From Monocercomonoides exilis PA203 (Eukaryota > Protista > Preaxostyla), in assembly GCA_001643675.2 (NCBI GenBank), contig LSRY02000067.1, forward strand, positions 205,242 through 269,241: a stretch of 64,000 bases of DNA, read 5' to 3'. Positions within the stretch are counted from its first letter, which is position 1. Every line of letters begins with the position of its first letter. The position numbers and the translations under genes were made by a program. Shown here piece by piece: positions 62,983 through 64,000 of the stretch. Below the pieces are notes generated by a model that worked only from the letters and a program-made list of their open reading frames with translations, searched no databases and was not told the origin of the DNA.

Positions 62983-64000
62983 ATGAATATTTCCAAACCT
63001 CAATCGACTCTATATTCTCGATGCAAAGTATTATGGAATGAAATTAAGCGCATCGGCGGAGATGACGTGGATTCGTTACTTGCCTATTTGTTTTATTCTT
63101 ACAGGCAATCAACTTCTGTAATTAACGATTTACTGAAGACATTAAACGGTTTGATTTTTTATTTATTCATGTTTTATATAGAAAATTTCATGAACTGTCA
63201 TTGTTGTTATTTTCTTAACTATTAATTCAATATTTTTCTCATGAACAGAATATCACATAAAGCTGCTGGAAGACCTGTCTGTGGTGTACAACAACGCTCC
63301 TTTGCACACTCAGACAGTAATGCTGCAAGCGCTGTCACGCAACACATCATTATCCGATTTACAAGACTATGGATATGATGTCACAGAGGGAAAATTTATT
63401 TACGCGAAGCAAACGCTGAAGAAAAACCAAGGATTTATCATCACTCCTCTAAAACCTCATCTTCCGTCTTGCAAAAGTGGTTTGTTTTTATTTGAATTTT
63501 TTTGAATAATTTTCTCTGTTCATTTTAGGCTTAAATGAACAGGATTGGGAAAAGGGCAACAACTGGATGTTAGCCCATTCCACTGAAGCCTCAACTACTC
63601 TTCAATCAGCAAAGAAAAAGCAGCGAGCTGAGCCAGATTACACAAGATTTATAGATGAAGATGCCTGGGAAAATGAAATTGTTACAGAAAATTCTTCTTC
63701 AAAGAAAAAGAAATCTTCATTATCAGAAAAATCACATCAACAAAATAAAAAATCAAGTTCTATTTCGGAAAAAAATTCATCTGCATCAACTTTTTCATCG
63801 TCTGAAGCTATTGATGCTCCAATCAACACCCCAATAAGGAGAGAAAGGAGGTCAACAAAAAATAAAAAGAATAATTCAAATCACAAACGTCACTCTTCTC
63901 CATCTCCAATACCAATTCACAAATTCTTCAAAACAAAACAATCGTCAACATATTCTTCTTCTTCTCCTCTTCCTCCTTCTTCTTCCTTCTTCTTCTTCTC
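62983..64000 (+). CDS. 5' part of a multi-exon gene sharing the N-terminal module of the USP loci (possibly transposase-related); runs off the window
   Basis: Exons 62983-63148, 63249-63479 and 63529-end; GT-AG introns keep one open frame; YNNAPLHTQTVMLQALSRNTSLSDLQDYGY aligns with the 13.1-13.25 kb segment. Confidence 0.75.

Noticed and set aside
1-64000. Alternative genetic code (TAA/TAG = Gln, as in some oxymonads) to explain in-frame stops
   Set aside because: All three stop codons and frameshifts interrupt the TE ORFs. Some TAAs fall where hydrophobic or aromatic residues are expected (25536, 27065). The long intact genes have no internal TAA/TAG and use CAA/CAG.

Overview
AT-rich eukaryotic genomic DNA with short spliceosomal introns, read with the standard code. 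The host gene families resemble those of the oxymonad Monocercomonoides; this is recognition, not verified. The first ~28 kb is dense with decayed transposons: an IS630/Tc1-type, an ISL2EU/Harbinger-type and a pogo-type transposase, several MITE families, and two DIRS-type tyrosine-recombinase retroelements. The near-complete DIRS (17741-27667, 187-bp ITRs) is interrupted inside pol by a 5.3-kb non-autonomous DNA element (19770-25104) with 465-bp TIRs and an 8-bp TSD (CTGTCAGA). That element carries a captured fragment of a host surface-protein-like gene instead of a transposase. Three loci (11-14 kb, 52-55 kb, 63 kb onward) form a family with a shared N-terminal module, which may be transposase-derived, and at least two end in a USP (peptidase C19) domain. 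The 52-55 kb copy is intact and has ~20 perfect 60-bp coding repeats. The window also holds a lineage-specific helical gene family (two apparently intact copies and one pseudogene), large low-complexity (pseudo)genes, a nested palindrome at 62320-62702 and a GC-rich hairpin at 17217-17294. No rRNA, tRNA or CRISPR array was recognised.
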